DNA from: Planctomycetota bacterium
Lineage (GTDB): Bacteria > Planctomycetota > MHYJ01 > WSZJ01
Direction of reading: 5' to 3'
Length of the DNA: 64,000 bases
NCBI GenBank assembly: GCA_038060895.1
Contig: JBBTCT010000014.1
Span: 28,549 to 92,548, forward strand
The first letter of the stretch is position 1, and every line of letters starts with the position of its first letter. Position numbers and translations under genes: made by a program. This document shows positions 9,284-18,924 of this stretch, piece after piece. Under the pieces are notes generated by a model. It ran no database searches. It was given only the letters and a program-made list of their open reading frames with translations, and was not told the origin of the DNA.

Positions 9284-10083
9284 CGCGACTCCGGGATGGT
9301 CAATTCCTGCGTGGCGTTGTGTCCGAATCCCACGAGCGATTCCTCGGTCACTCCCGGATGGCCACCGCGTTCCGATCTCACCAATCCTCCCCATGAGGCC
9401 TGCACGTCGCGCCAGATCACGTCTTTCCGGAGCCACCAGAAATCAGGTCGTCGGAACGAGGGCACTTCAGCGGACCACCAGCTCGTTTCGACTTCGACCG
9501 GATTTCCAGTAATGGAATAGTCCCAGGTGGTCTCCAGAACGACTCTCTCACAGGCAACTTCCCTGGAGCCGACACTCTTCTTCTCCAGCCAGATCTCTCC
9601 CCTGCGCAACTTCACTTTTCGAGGGCCCCCGATGAGGCTCAACTCTTTCATGCGCTTTGCGCCCGCTTCCCGGTCAGCCTCACTGCGCGGCGCGGGATGC
9701 TCGACCTTGACCGGGTGCCCCGTCTTGCCGGGACGGCCGATCCAGCAGTCCTTCACATGCTTTCCCGGTTTCGAGAGCCACGCCAGCAGAACCCACCCGG
9801 CCAGACCGTCACCGTCCGAGGCTGTCTGGACCAGGTACCCGTCTTCCGCGGACTTGAGCAAGGCGGTCCGGCATCGGATGGCCGGCTTCCCGTCCTTGGC
9901 AGCCACTTCGTATTCCACCCAGTCTCCCGGCTTGACGTTTTCAAGGGAAAGGTCCGACCAATGAGACTCCTTGATCGCGACGGGGGGCGGATCGTCCGCA
10001 GGACTGCATGCAGCCGTGCCGAAGGTGGCGAGAGCCGCTGCAAATAGACCCGACCACGAGTGCGCGCGTTTGCAGGAGATCAT
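9280..10083 (-). CDS. Hypothetical lipoprotein
   Basis: Signal peptide ending in TAAC, VKPGDWVEY and WWSAEVP motifs. CACAAT lies 6 nt upstream of the ATG. Confidence 0.6.
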   Translation of the reverse strand: MISCKRAHSWSGLFAAALATFGTAACSPADDPPPVAIKESHWSDLSLENVKPGDWVEYEVAAKDGKPAIRCRTALLKSAEDGYLVQTASDGDGLAGWVLLAWLSKPGKHVKDCWIGRPGKTGHPVKVEHPAPRSEADREAGAKRMKELSLIGGPRKVKLRRGEIWLEKKSVGSREVACERVVLETTWDYSITGNPVEVETSWWSAEVPSFRRPDFWWLRKDVIWRDVQASWGGLVRSERGGHPGVTEESLVGFGHNATQELTIPESR

Positions 10084-10244
10084 CGGTGCATTGTGACCCG
10101 GGCCGGACGCGTCATGGAAGCGCTGTTCGCGGGCGATCTCTGGCGCGAGCATGCGGGCGGGATTCGAGGAGCACAGGGGCGTTCTTCTCTTCGTGCGAAA
10201 ACCGTAAGTGCCCGAACGGACCCGGCGACCGTAGAATCCCCGGC

Positions 10245-10688
10245 TTGCGTCCCCCACCCGACCGCATCGCCCGCATCACCGTATCCGCCGTGCAGCCGCT
10301 CTTCGGCGGCTGGTCGCTCTGGATCCGCGGCGACGGCGCGGCGGCGGCATTCCGCGTCTCCCGGGGATGCCTTCTCTCGACGAGGCACGACGCGAAAGTA
10401 TCGGAGCCGGTGCTGCGGCGGATCGAAGCGATGCTGGCCGAGACGAAATTCTGGGAGCTGCCTCCCCCGACGCTGAAGGCAGCGCCGATGCCGGACGAAA
10501 CCTGGATTGAGATCGGCGCCAAGGCCCAGAGCGGGATCCAGGCCTCGGTAGGGAAGTTCGCGCGGCAGAAGAGCGAGAAGTTCGACCCGGTCCTGAAGGA
10601 GCTGGAAGGGATTGCGGCGCAGGCGTGGGCGGGGCCGAGGGTGTCGGAGGGGAAATACGATCCTTACGAGATTCCAGCGGGCTTCTGA
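10245..10688 (+). CDS. Hypothetical protein
   Basis: Protein-like composition from TTG 10245, which is 7 nt after TAGAAT. The start is uncertain. Confidence 0.55.
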   Translation: MRPPPDRIARITVSAVQPLFGGWSLWIRGDGAAAAFRVSRGCLLSTRHDAKVSEPVLRRIEAMLAETKFWELPPPTLKAAPMPDETWIEIGAKAQSGIQASVGKFARQKSEKFDPVLKELEGIAAQAWAGPRVSEGKYDPYEIPAGF

Positions 10689-10690
10689 AG

Positions 10691-11353
10691 TTGCCCGCGG
10701 ATCCGAGCGAAGGCTGGACGCCGGGCCGCAAGATTGCGGAATTGGTCAGGCTTGGGCGAAACCTGCGCTATTGGATCGGAGTACCAGTGGCGAAGCCTGC
10801 TCGCTGGAGCGAGGTTTACCGCGTTGACGCCGACGAAGTCTCAACAATTTCGGGAGAGCAGTGTCCTCTGCACGAAGTCAGGGCGTGGTTCTCGGCCACT
10901 CCGGACAACGAATTGTTCGAGATCGAAGGCGATTTACCGCTTCTGCCCGGAATCCACGGGCTTGTCCGGCACCAGCTTCCGGAACCGGAAAGGGTGACTG
11001 AGGCCGAATTGCGAAAGGGCAGATCTCTGGTCCTCGTGACGCATGGCCCCTGTGCTCTGCCGTGGCGCGACGCGCGACACTTTTCTACGCAGCTCCTGAA
11101 CGTCGGCCAGGAAGCCTTTACCGTAACCAGCTTCAGTGCCTACGCCAGGCAGCGCCCCGGGATCTACTGGACCACCATGCGTTTCTCCGCAACGCAGTTT
11201 CGCGCGTGGTATGACCTGGGTATCGAGGAGTGGATTGCGCCGGGAGCGCGTGTGTGGGATCCCGCAAATTATTCCGATCGCGCCACTCTCTGGGCGTATC
11301 GATGCGAAACTCGCGGAGGTCTGAATTTCGTGACCGGTGAGGTCTCCGCGTAA
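10691..11353 (+). CDS. Hypothetical protein
   Basis: Aromatic-rich ORF filling the gap between neighbours. The TTG start is tentative. Confidence 0.5.
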   Translation: MPADPSEGWTPGRKIAELVRLGRNLRYWIGVPVAKPARWSEVYRVDADEVSTISGEQCPLHEVRAWFSATPDNELFEIEGDLPLLPGIHGLVRHQLPEPERVTEAELRKGRSLVLVTHGPCALPWRDARHFSTQLLNVGQEAFTVTSFSAYARQRPGIYWTTMRFSATQFRAWYDLGIEEWIAPGARVWDPANYSDRATLWAYRCETRGGLNFVTGEVSA

Positions 11354-11361
11354 ACGAGGCG

Positions 11362-12345
11362 TCACTTCGAGGCGGCCTTCGCTTCTTCCAGCGCTGCGAC
11401 GATCCTCGCTTCGGCCTCGCTCCCCGCGAACCGCGTCTTCGCTTTCGCGAGCAGGTCAGCGGTCTTCTTCGCGTCTCCCGCCGCCTTCGCGTCCGCGATC
11501 GCCTTGTCCGCCGCTTCGTCGATCAACTTTGCGACGAGCTCTCCGCGGCTCTTCGCGTAGGCGCTCTTCGCTCCCGCGAGTTTTTTCAGCGCCGCGCCCG
11601 CTTTGCCGTACTGCTTTGCTTCCACGAGCGCGCGGGCGCCCTGGAGCAGGCCGAGGCAATCCGCCGGGACCAGGCTTTCCATCCACTCGAACTGCTGCTT
11701 CCACGCTTCCGCCGGCGGGTTGTGGGGCCAGTCTGGGGGTTCGTCGAAGGTCACGTCCATGCCCGCCTTCTTCATGTCCTCGACCGATTTCTTCGACTGG
11801 GCGTGGTTGAAATCCTTGCCGCCGCTGACGACGCGAAAGGGCGTCTTGAGCATCTTGCGCGCCATGTCCTCGCTGATCAGGCAGCCGCTGACCGGGGCGC
11901 CGGCCGTGAACGTCTCGGGGTGGTCGGTGCAGAGGTGGCAGGTCACGAACCCGCCCGCCGAGTGGCCTGAAACGTACACCCGGTCGCGGTCGATCGAATA
12001 CGTCGCCAGCACTTCGTTCGCGATCTCAACGATCCGCTTCATGTCTTCGTCGTCGTATCCCTGCGGATCCTTCGATGCCGGCAGGCACAGGATGTACCCC
12101 TTGTTCTTCGCGGCCGCGTAGTTCGACTCGTAGCTCTCCGGCCGGCCACCGGAGCCGTGGAACATGAAGATGATCCCGTACTTCTGCGCCGGCGAGTACT
12201 TCCCCGGCGCGTCGAGGATGTAGTAGCTCGGTCCGAACTCGATCTTCTGGCGCCCGCCCTTTGCCGGAGGCGGCTTGCGCGCGGCGCCCTGGGCGGCGGC
12301 GGGCAGGGCGAGGGCAAGGGCAAGGGCAAGGGAGAGAGCTCGCAT
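11362..12345 (-). CDS. Secreted alpha/beta hydrolase (PHB depolymerase/esterase-like)
   Basis: Signal peptide, FHGSGG, IDRDRVYVSGHSAGG nucleophile elbow, and Asp (GGKD) and His (WPH) candidates. Confidence 0.8.
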   Translation of the reverse strand: MRALSLALALALALPAAAQGAARKPPPAKGGRQKIEFGPSYYILDAPGKYSPAQKYGIIFMFHGSGGRPESYESNYAAAKNKGYILCLPASKDPQGYDDEDMKRIVEIANEVLATYSIDRDRVYVSGHSAGGFVTCHLCTDHPETFTAGAPVSGCLISEDMARKMLKTPFRVVSGGKDFNHAQSKKSVEDMKKAGMDVTFDEPPDWPHNPPAEAWKQQFEWMESLVPADCLGLLQGARALVEAKQYGKAGAALKKLAGAKSAYAKSRGELVAKLIDEAADKAIADAKAAGDAKKTADLLAKAKTRFAGSEAEARIVAALEEAKAASK

Positions 12346-12441
12346 GGGGGAGCATTCTGGCAGAGGCGACTTGAGAGCGGAAGCGCCTCGAAATCGAAAG
12401 CGAAGCCGATAGAATGCCCCTTTCACTCAAGGAGAATCGCG

Positions 12442-13737
12442 ATGCGCCTGCTCGCGCCGCTTGTTGCGTTCCTGCTCATCTCCGCCCCGCTTGTTCGCGC
12501 CGACGACGTCGCGGCCGACCAGCTTGCCGCGCCTTTCACGGCCGAAGCCGGTGGGAAGCCGATCGATCTCGCCGACGGGGTGGGGCATTCGGCGCCGCTG
12601 TTCGTGGACTGGGACGGCGACGGGCTGAGGGATCTGCTGGTCGGGCAGTTCGGCGGCGGAAAGCTGCGGATCTACCGCAACACGGGAAAGAAGGAAGCGC
12701 CCGCGTTCGACAAATTCGAGTGGTTCCAGGCGGCCGGCAAGGACGGCGTCGTCGAAACGGGCTGATGCGTCGGCTTCGGTCCGCAGGTTGCGGACCTGGA
12801 CGGCGACGGGCTGCGCGAGGTCTTGACGGGATCCTGGCCGGGCCCGGTGTTTGTTTTTCGAAGGCTCAAGGACGGCGCCTTCGCCGCAGTCGAGAGGCTG
12901 AAAGACACGGAAGGGAATGACTACCGGTTCGAGAACGTGAACGCTTCTTCCGTCGGCGCGGCCGACTGGGACTGCGACGGCGACGTGGACCTGGTGGTCG
13001 GGTACATCTCGGGGCCGATGTTCATCCTCAAGAACGAGAGCAAGGACGGCAAAGTCGCCTTCGGCGACGCCCTCCCGCTCATGGCGAACGGCAAGAAAGT
13101 CGAAGCCACCGACGCCGGCCCGTGCCTCGCGGACTGGGACGGCGACGGCATCGAAGACCTCATCCTGGGCGACGGCGAGGGCGGCGTGCGCCTCTTCCGC
13201 GCCCGTCGCAAGGGCGACAAGGGCTTCCCCGAACTCGGGGCGGAAGAGTGGCTGATTGCGCCGCGTCCCGCGAACGACCAGTGGACGCCGCTCAAGGCCG
13301 ACAAGGACGGTCACATCGAGAAGCCGCGCATCGGCGTCCGCACGAAGCCGTCCGTCGGCGACTGGAACGGCGACGGCAAGCCGGACCTGCTCGTCGGCGA
13401 TTACTCTTCCGTCGAAATGCCGGCGCGCGAGCTGACGGCCGAGGACCAGGCGAAGCTCAAGATCCTGAAGACGAAGGAAGACGCGCTTCTCGAGGAGAGC
13501 ACGAAGGTGTGGGAAGCGATGGAAAAGGAAGTCTTCCGGCAGATGGGGCTCGCCGCGGATGCAGAGGTCCCCGCTGCACGGAAGGCGGAGTACGACAAGT
13601 TGTGGGAGAAAGTCGCCGCGACGAACCCCGATAACGTGAGAATCGAGAACGAAATGGGCGAGACGATGGATGCGATCGCCCTGTACGAGTCGCGGCGCGG
13701 GTCCCGCGGGTTCGTGTGGGTCTACTTGCGGAAATAA
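12442..13737 (+). CDS. Secreted FG-GAP/VCBS-repeat protein, putative selenoprotein (in-frame UGA at 12763-12765)
   Basis: Two track ORFs share one frame across ETG-TGA-CVGFGPQVADLDGDG. There are five D(W/L)DGDG..DLL.G-type repeats, an AAGGAG SD and a signal peptide. Confidence 0.8.
12778..12796 (+). promoter_or_regulatory. SECIS-like hairpin
   Basis: GGTCCGCA-GGT-TGCGGACC: a perfect 8-bp stem with G-containing loop starting 12 nt after the UGA. Confidence 0.7.
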
Positions 13738-13822
13738 TCCGGATTTCCGGGAAGAAGATCGCCGCTTCAACGCACTCCTCCTTCAGAACCCCGCGAAGTG
13801 CGGGCTATGATTCGGAGGAGCG

Positions 13823-15991
13823 ATGAAGCCCTGCACCGACCTCGTCCAGCGAGCCCAAAGCGACCGCACGCCTGAGTCCTTGGGCGCCCTCGTTTCGGCC
13901 ACGCAGGCTGATGTGTTCCATTTTCTCTGCCGACAGTTGCGCCACGCCGCCGACGCCGAGGACGCAACTCAGGAAACGTTCCGGCAGGTTCTGCGCGCTC
14001 TTCCGTCTCTTCGCGACCCCGCGGCCTTCCCCGGCTGGATCCACCGCATCGCCCTGCGCTCGGCGCAGGACGTCGTGCGGGGACGGGCCGCGCGGAAGCG
14101 GCTCGCCGCGGAACTGCCGGGGCGCGCGAACACGGAGGGGGCGGCGATGAGCGAAGCGGAGAGGGCGGAGACACGGTTGGCGGTGCGAGGGGCGGTCGAG
14201 GAGCTCGACGAAGAGCTGCGGACGACGGTCGTCCTGCGCTACGAGCAGGGCCTGTCGTACGGCGAGATCGCGGAGGCGATGGAATGCCCCGAGGGGACGG
14301 TGGGGAAGCGGCTGCACAGGGCGCACGAACGCCTTCGGGTTGCGCTCGCGGGGGCGGCCATCGCGCTGACATTGGTGGCCGTGGAGACGGAGCTGTCGGC
14401 TGAGCCTCGTGTCGAAACGCCCGTCAGGCTGAAAGAGTCCCTGACGCGAATGTCGCGCGGAGAGATTCCGGTCGCGCACTCGAAGCGCGCACTGGTTCAG
14501 CGACTCCTCGTCGTCGTGCTGGCCGTTGCAGCGCTGTTCCTCGTCCTCTGGCGATTCGGCTTTCCCGTTCGCCGGCCGGCGGGAGATGGAGGAAGCGCGG
14601 ACAACCGCGTTGCTTCGGCTCTTCCGGGAAATGCCGGTACCGCGAAGTCATCTCTCACGGAGAGTCCTTCCGGCGGCGTCGAGAACGGGAATTCTCCCGC
14701 GGCCACGGCGGTTTCCGCTTGCCGAGTGACCGGGCAGGTTCGCGAAGCCGCGTCGGGCGAGACGATCGCCGGGGCCCGCGTCTGGCTGGTCACCGCGGAC
14801 GCGCCGGCACGCATCATTGTTGAGACGAAGACTGATGCCCTGGGGAACTACGGATTCGAGGTGCCGCCCGGGAATTGGTTGATCGACGTAGCGGCCGAGG
14901 GATTCGTGCGCCTGCAGACCGCGATCGTTTTCGAGCGGCAACTTGCCTTGCTAGAGCATGAAGCGAGGGCAGCACATGATCACCACGAACGAGCCGTGAC
15001 CCGCGGGCGAGTGACGACAACTGCGGGTGAGAATACGAGGGTCGACCTCGAAGTTCCGAAGGCCGTGGCTGCTCGAGGCATCGTCTCGGATGAAGACGGA
15101 GTACCGGTCGAGGATGCGGTCGTCGCTTTCGAGATGCACGGCGTGGAACTTCCGGATGGCGGTTTCTGGTACAGCTACGGCAATGACGACCGCCCCAAAT
15201 CGGTGCGGACCGATTCAGCGGGTTCCTTCATGCTGACGGGCCTTCTCGGCATGGGGGAAGTAGAACTCAACGTGAACCGAATTGGATTCCAGCCGACCAA
15301 AGTCAAGGTGTCGCTCGGTCCACTCGGCGCCGACGCGTCTATCGCGCTGCGGCGCGGCATCGGAATCTCCGGGATCGTAGTCGACACGGAAGGACACCCG
15401 GTGTCCGGCGCGTGCATCCTTCTCGCGGAGGGAGACTCCTCAAAAGTCCGACTTCTCGTTGTCCAGGAGACGCGCGCCGACGCCGGCGGGCGCTTCAGCA
15501 TTCCCGACGCCCCTAGCGGGACCTCCGCGATCGTTGCCGCAGCCTCCGGATTCGGCTGGACCGCCGCCGCGCCGGACGTAGGAGGCGCTTCCCTCACTCT
15601 CGTCCTGCCGCGCGCTACCGGCATCCTTCGCGGCGCTATCCGCGACGAGAATGGAAAGCTCCTGCCCGGAGTGGAAGTCCGCGTGGAGGGCTATTTCGGG
15701 CAATCCGCGGCGGGCGCTGGGCTGATCAACACTGTTGATGAGCACGGCGGAAGCTGGACCTCGCCGAAGCCCGGTGAAATGAGTGGAGTCCTGCCGCGGG
15801 AATTGCGGATGCCCTTCGCCCGGACCGATGAGAAGGGCGAATTCAGTCTCGATGCTGTCTGTCTCAGTGGAGGCATGATGCCTCACTTGTCCATCGAGGC
15901 CGATGGATTCCGGTCGAAGCGCATAGAGGCGACGACTTCCACATTCCTGGAAATCCTGCTGGAACGAGAGTCGGGCGAACACTCGAAGTAA
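13823..15991 (+). CDS. ECF sigma factor fused to TM helix and carboxypeptidase-regulatory-like repeats (paralog 1)
   Basis: Sigma2 DAEDATQETF..LRDPAAFPGWIHRIA, sigma4 LRYEQGLSYGEIAEAMECPEGTV..RLHRA, TM LLVVVLAVAALFLVLW, and repeats G.V.D..G.PV.GA...TD..G.F. GGAGGAG SD. Confidence 0.88.
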   Translation: MKPCTDLVQRAQSDRTPESLGALVSATQADVFHFLCRQLRHAADAEDATQETFRQVLRALPSLRDPAAFPGWIHRIALRSAQDVVRGRAARKRLAAELPGRANTEGAAMSEAERAETRLAVRGAVEELDEELRTTVVLRYEQGLSYGEIAEAMECPEGTVGKRLHRAHERLRVALAGAAIALTLVAVETELSAEPRVETPVRLKESLTRMSRGEIPVAHSKRALVQRLLVVVLAVAALFLVLWRFGFPVRRPAGDGGSADNRVASALPGNAGTAKSSLTESPSGGVENGNSPAATAVSACRVTGQVREAASGETIAGARVWLVTADAPARIIVETKTDALGNYGFEVPPGNWLIDVAAEGFVRLQTAIVFERQLALLEHEARAAHDHHERAVTRGRVTTTAGENTRVDLEVPKAVAARGIVSDEDGVPVEDAVVAFEMHGVELPDGGFWYSYGNDDRPKSVRTDSAGSFMLTGLLGMGEVELNVNRIGFQPTKVKVSLGPLGADASIALRRGIGISGIVVDTEGHPVSGACILLAEGDSSKVRLLVVQETRADAGGRFSIPDAPSGTSAIVAAASGFGWTAAAPDVGGASLTLVLPRATGILRGAIRDENGKLLPGVEVRVEGYFGQSAAGAGLINTVDEHGGSWTSPKPGEMSGVLPRELRMPFARTDEKGEFSLDAVCLSGGMMPHLSIEADGFRSKRIEATTSTFLEILLERESGEHSK

Positions 15992-16003
15992 CTCGCGTCT
16001 TCC

Positions 16004-16558
16004 CTACTTCCCCGAGCGGGTCTTGCGATCCGCGAGTCCCGCCGGGGCGCAGTCGAACGCATGGTTGAAGCGCGCCGAGAAGTTTTCGAGCGCGATCGCG
16101 CCCGCGAGCTCGACCATCGCCACGTCGCCGAACGCGTTCTTCAGCTCTGCAAAGGTCGCTTCGTCCGCGTGCGCCGGCGTGTCCGTCATCCCGTCGGCAA
16201 ACCGGAGCGCCGCGCGTTCGAGCGGCGCGAGCGCGGCGGCCTGCGGCCCTTCGCGCACCGCTGCGATCTTCGCATCCGATAGTTTCGCCTCCCGGGCGAA
16301 GTAGGTCGTGATGTCCATTCAGAAGGGACAGCCGACGCGGATGGCAACGCGGGCCATCGCGAGCGACTTCAGCTCGAGGGGCAGCTTGCGCGGCTTCTCG
16401 ACTGCCCGCAGCACTTTCCCGAACGCCATCATCAGCCGCGGGACGAGCGCGTAGATCCGCGTCGGCTCCAGCACCTGCCCCCAGATCGAGCGCAGGCGCC
16501 AGAACGCCAGCCTGACAATGAGCGGACCATGGCCGTCCTGCACTCCCGGAATTCGCAT
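16004..16558 (-). CDS. AhpD/carboxymuconolactone-decarboxylase-like protein, putative CxxU selenoprotein (UGA at 16319-16321)
   Basis: Two abutting in-frame ORFs join as LKSLAMARVAIRVGCPF-TGA-MDI, followed by ERAALRFAD.MT and ENFSARFN. Confidence 0.85.
16284..16300 (-). promoter_or_regulatory. SECIS-like hairpin
   Basis: On the minus strand, TTCGCC-CGGGA-GGCGAA begins 18 nt after the UGA. Confidence 0.55.
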
Positions 16559-16723
16559 CGCGACTCTCCAAGTGTCGGAACCAGCCGAGTTTAGACAAAT
16601 GTCGAATTCCGCGCAGGATTCCGGAATTCTCCAAGAAATGGCGATTGCCCTTCTCTATTCTCGTGGAAGCCCTTCGCCTCGCTTCGCTCGCTCAGGGCGG
16701 AGCCGACAGTTGAGAGATGAGAC

Positions 16724-18823
16724 ATGCGCGACTGCACGGATCTGGTGGTGAAAGCACATGCCGGGGACCGCGAGGCCCTCGGCCGGCTCCTTGCCGCCGT
16801 CCAGGACGACGTCTACCACCTTCTGCTCTCCCGTCTCCGCGACGCCGCGGACGCGGAAGACGCCGCCCAGGAGACGCTCGTGCAGGCGATCACGTCCCTC
16901 CCCGATCTTCGGGAACCCCGCGCGTTCGCGGGGTGGCTCTTCCGCATCGCCCTCGACAAGGCGCGGCGCGCAAAGAGGTCCCCATCCCTGGAAACGGCTT
17001 CCGAACCCATTGCGAAAGCGGAGGCCGATCCCATGGAACGCGAAGAGACGAAACAGGCGGTGAGGAGGGCGGTGGCAGGGCTTGAGGAGAATCTCCGGAC
17101 GACGGTGGCGATGCGCTACGAGCACGGCCTCGCCTACGCCGACATCGCGCGGGCGATGGACTGCCCCGAAGGCACTGTCGCCGACCGGCTTCACACGGCG
17201 CACGAGCGGCTGAAGCGCGCGCTGGCCGGCGCAGGCTTCGCGATCACGATGGCGCTTCTCGAAACCGAGCTCTCCGCCGCGCCGCGCACGCCCGCGCCGC
17301 CAAGGTTAGCCGCGCGCGTCGCGAAAACGGTTCGGGAAGCTCCCCTGGTCGGACCGGGTCCGGGGCCGACGGGTCCGAGGTCGCGAACGAAGGTCGCGGG
17401 AGTCGTCGCGGCACTGGTGCTCGCGGTGTTCGTCGCGTGGAAGTTGTACGGGCCAGCGACCGACGAATCCTCGCAGTCTTCAGCAAGTTCGGGCGCGTCA
17501 GATGCACCTGGGGATAAGGTCGCTGACGCATCGACCGGCCCGCCTGCGAACGGCACTCCTACTCCGCGCAGCGGGACCGTGACCCCTGCAAGCACGGGAC
17601 GATTCATCGGCCGCGTGTATGAGCGCGACTCGAAGACGCCGATCGCGGGCGCTGAAATTGTCTTGTCGCCCTCTCGCGCCGATCCCGGGAAGACTGAAAC
17701 CCGCGAGTCCGTCTCAGCGCGTTCGGACAAAGATGGCCGATTCTCACTCGACGCCGAGCCTGGAATATGGAACGTCGAAGCCAGGGCGCCGGGGTTCGTT
17801 TGGTTTGCCGCCGAACTCCAGATCACAACTTTCACGCAGTCCCCCGGCGACAACACTGAGGAGTACTTGACCTCCTCTCGCGTGACCCTCACTGCCGGAC
17901 TTGAATCCAGTCGCGTCATTGACCTCGTTTCCGGGGTCCGCACCCGGGGCCGCGTCGTCGATGACCTCGGTCTCGCCGTTGCCGGCGCGCACGTCACGTT
18001 CGGCCTCGGCGCCTTGGCGAACGGGCGCACAATGACTCTTACAGATGGTTCATTTCACGGGCTTTCGCCCGTCCTCTCCGACCGCGAAGGCCGCTTCGAA
18101 TTCGCCGATCTCTGGCCAGCGGGCGACGTGAACTATACGGCGAGGTGCCCCGGATACAGGGAAGGCGCGGCTTCGATCAAACTGTCGGCGGTGCCTCCGG
18201 AAGCGACGATCGTGTTGAAGCGGATCCCCGGCATCAGGGTGTGGGGGACTGTCCGGGACTTGGAGAGCAACGCTCTCAAGGGTGCCCGGGTTTACGCCGG
18301 CAACGACGCGTTCCTGCAAGCGCTCGATGGTGCAACCGATGAACTGGGTCGTTTCGACTATTCATCCGTAAGCTCCGGCCGTCTGGCCATCGCGTGGGCC
18401 CCGGGGCGAGGCCCTGCTGTCCTGGCCCTCGACGCCATTCCGCCGGGTGGGCTCAACGCGAAGCTGCCGGTCATGGAAGGCCGTATTGCGGGCCATGTCG
18501 TCGACGGGTACGGCCAGCCCCTGGCAGGTGTGACGGTGACGGTGCTCGGGATCGGCGCGCGTAGCGAGTCGGGCACCGGGTGGCTTCTGTACGAGTACGC
18601 CAGTGTCTACTCCAGGGCGAAGGATGCCGTATTCGCCTTCCTCCCGCCCGAACTCGAGGCTCCGGTCGCGACGAGCGGCGATGACGGCGGCTTCTCCTTC
18701 GAGGGGTTCTGCGTCGGCTCGGGAAGCGGCGTCAAGCTCCTGGCGATACGCGAAGGGTACTTGAGATGTGAGAACGACTTCTTCGAGCCCGGGGAGATGG
18801 GAATCAGCATGCGTCAGAGGTGA
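16724..18823 (+). CDS. ECF sigma factor-TM-carboxypeptidase-regulatory-like fusion (paralog 2)
   Basis: Same sigma2/sigma4 motifs as paralog 1, TM VAGVVAALVLAVFVAW, and four beta-sandwich-like repeats. Confidence 0.88.
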   Translation: MRDCTDLVVKAHAGDREALGRLLAAVQDDVYHLLLSRLRDAADAEDAAQETLVQAITSLPDLREPRAFAGWLFRIALDKARRAKRSPSLETASEPIAKAEADPMEREETKQAVRRAVAGLEENLRTTVAMRYEHGLAYADIARAMDCPEGTVADRLHTAHERLKRALAGAGFAITMALLETELSAAPRTPAPPRLAARVAKTVREAPLVGPGPGPTGPRSRTKVAGVVAALVLAVFVAWKLYGPATDESSQSSASSGASDAPGDKVADASTGPPANGTPTPRSGTVTPASTGRFIGRVYERDSKTPIAGAEIVLSPSRADPGKTETRESVSARSDKDGRFSLDAEPGIWNVEARAPGFVWFAAELQITTFTQSPGDNTEEYLTSSRVTLTAGLESSRVIDLVSGVRTRGRVVDDLGLAVAGAHVTFGLGALANGRTMTLTDGSFHGLSPVLSDREGRFEFADLWPAGDVNYTARCPGYREGAASIKLSAVPPEATIVLKRIPGIRVWGTVRDLESNALKGARVYAGNDAFLQALDGATDELGRFDYSSVSSGRLAIAWAPGRGPAVLALDAIPPGGLNAKLPVMEGRIAGHVVDGYGQPLAGVTVTVLGIGARSESGTGWLLYEYASVYSRAKDAVFAFLPPELEAPVATSGDDGGFSFEGFCVGSGSGVKLLAIREGYLRCENDFFEPGEMGISMRQR

Positions 18824-18924
18824 GTCGCGACTGAATCCACGCACCCAGGAATTCCGAGATTTCGCCAATTTCCAGCGCCTCCGCGCATCTATTCTCCCGG
18901 AAGCCAACGGATAGGATCGACCTG

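Noticed and set aside
10686-10688. TGA between two adjacent hypothetical ORFs as another Sec site
   Set aside because: The downstream ORF is in a different frame, and there is no redox motif or SECIS-like hairpin.
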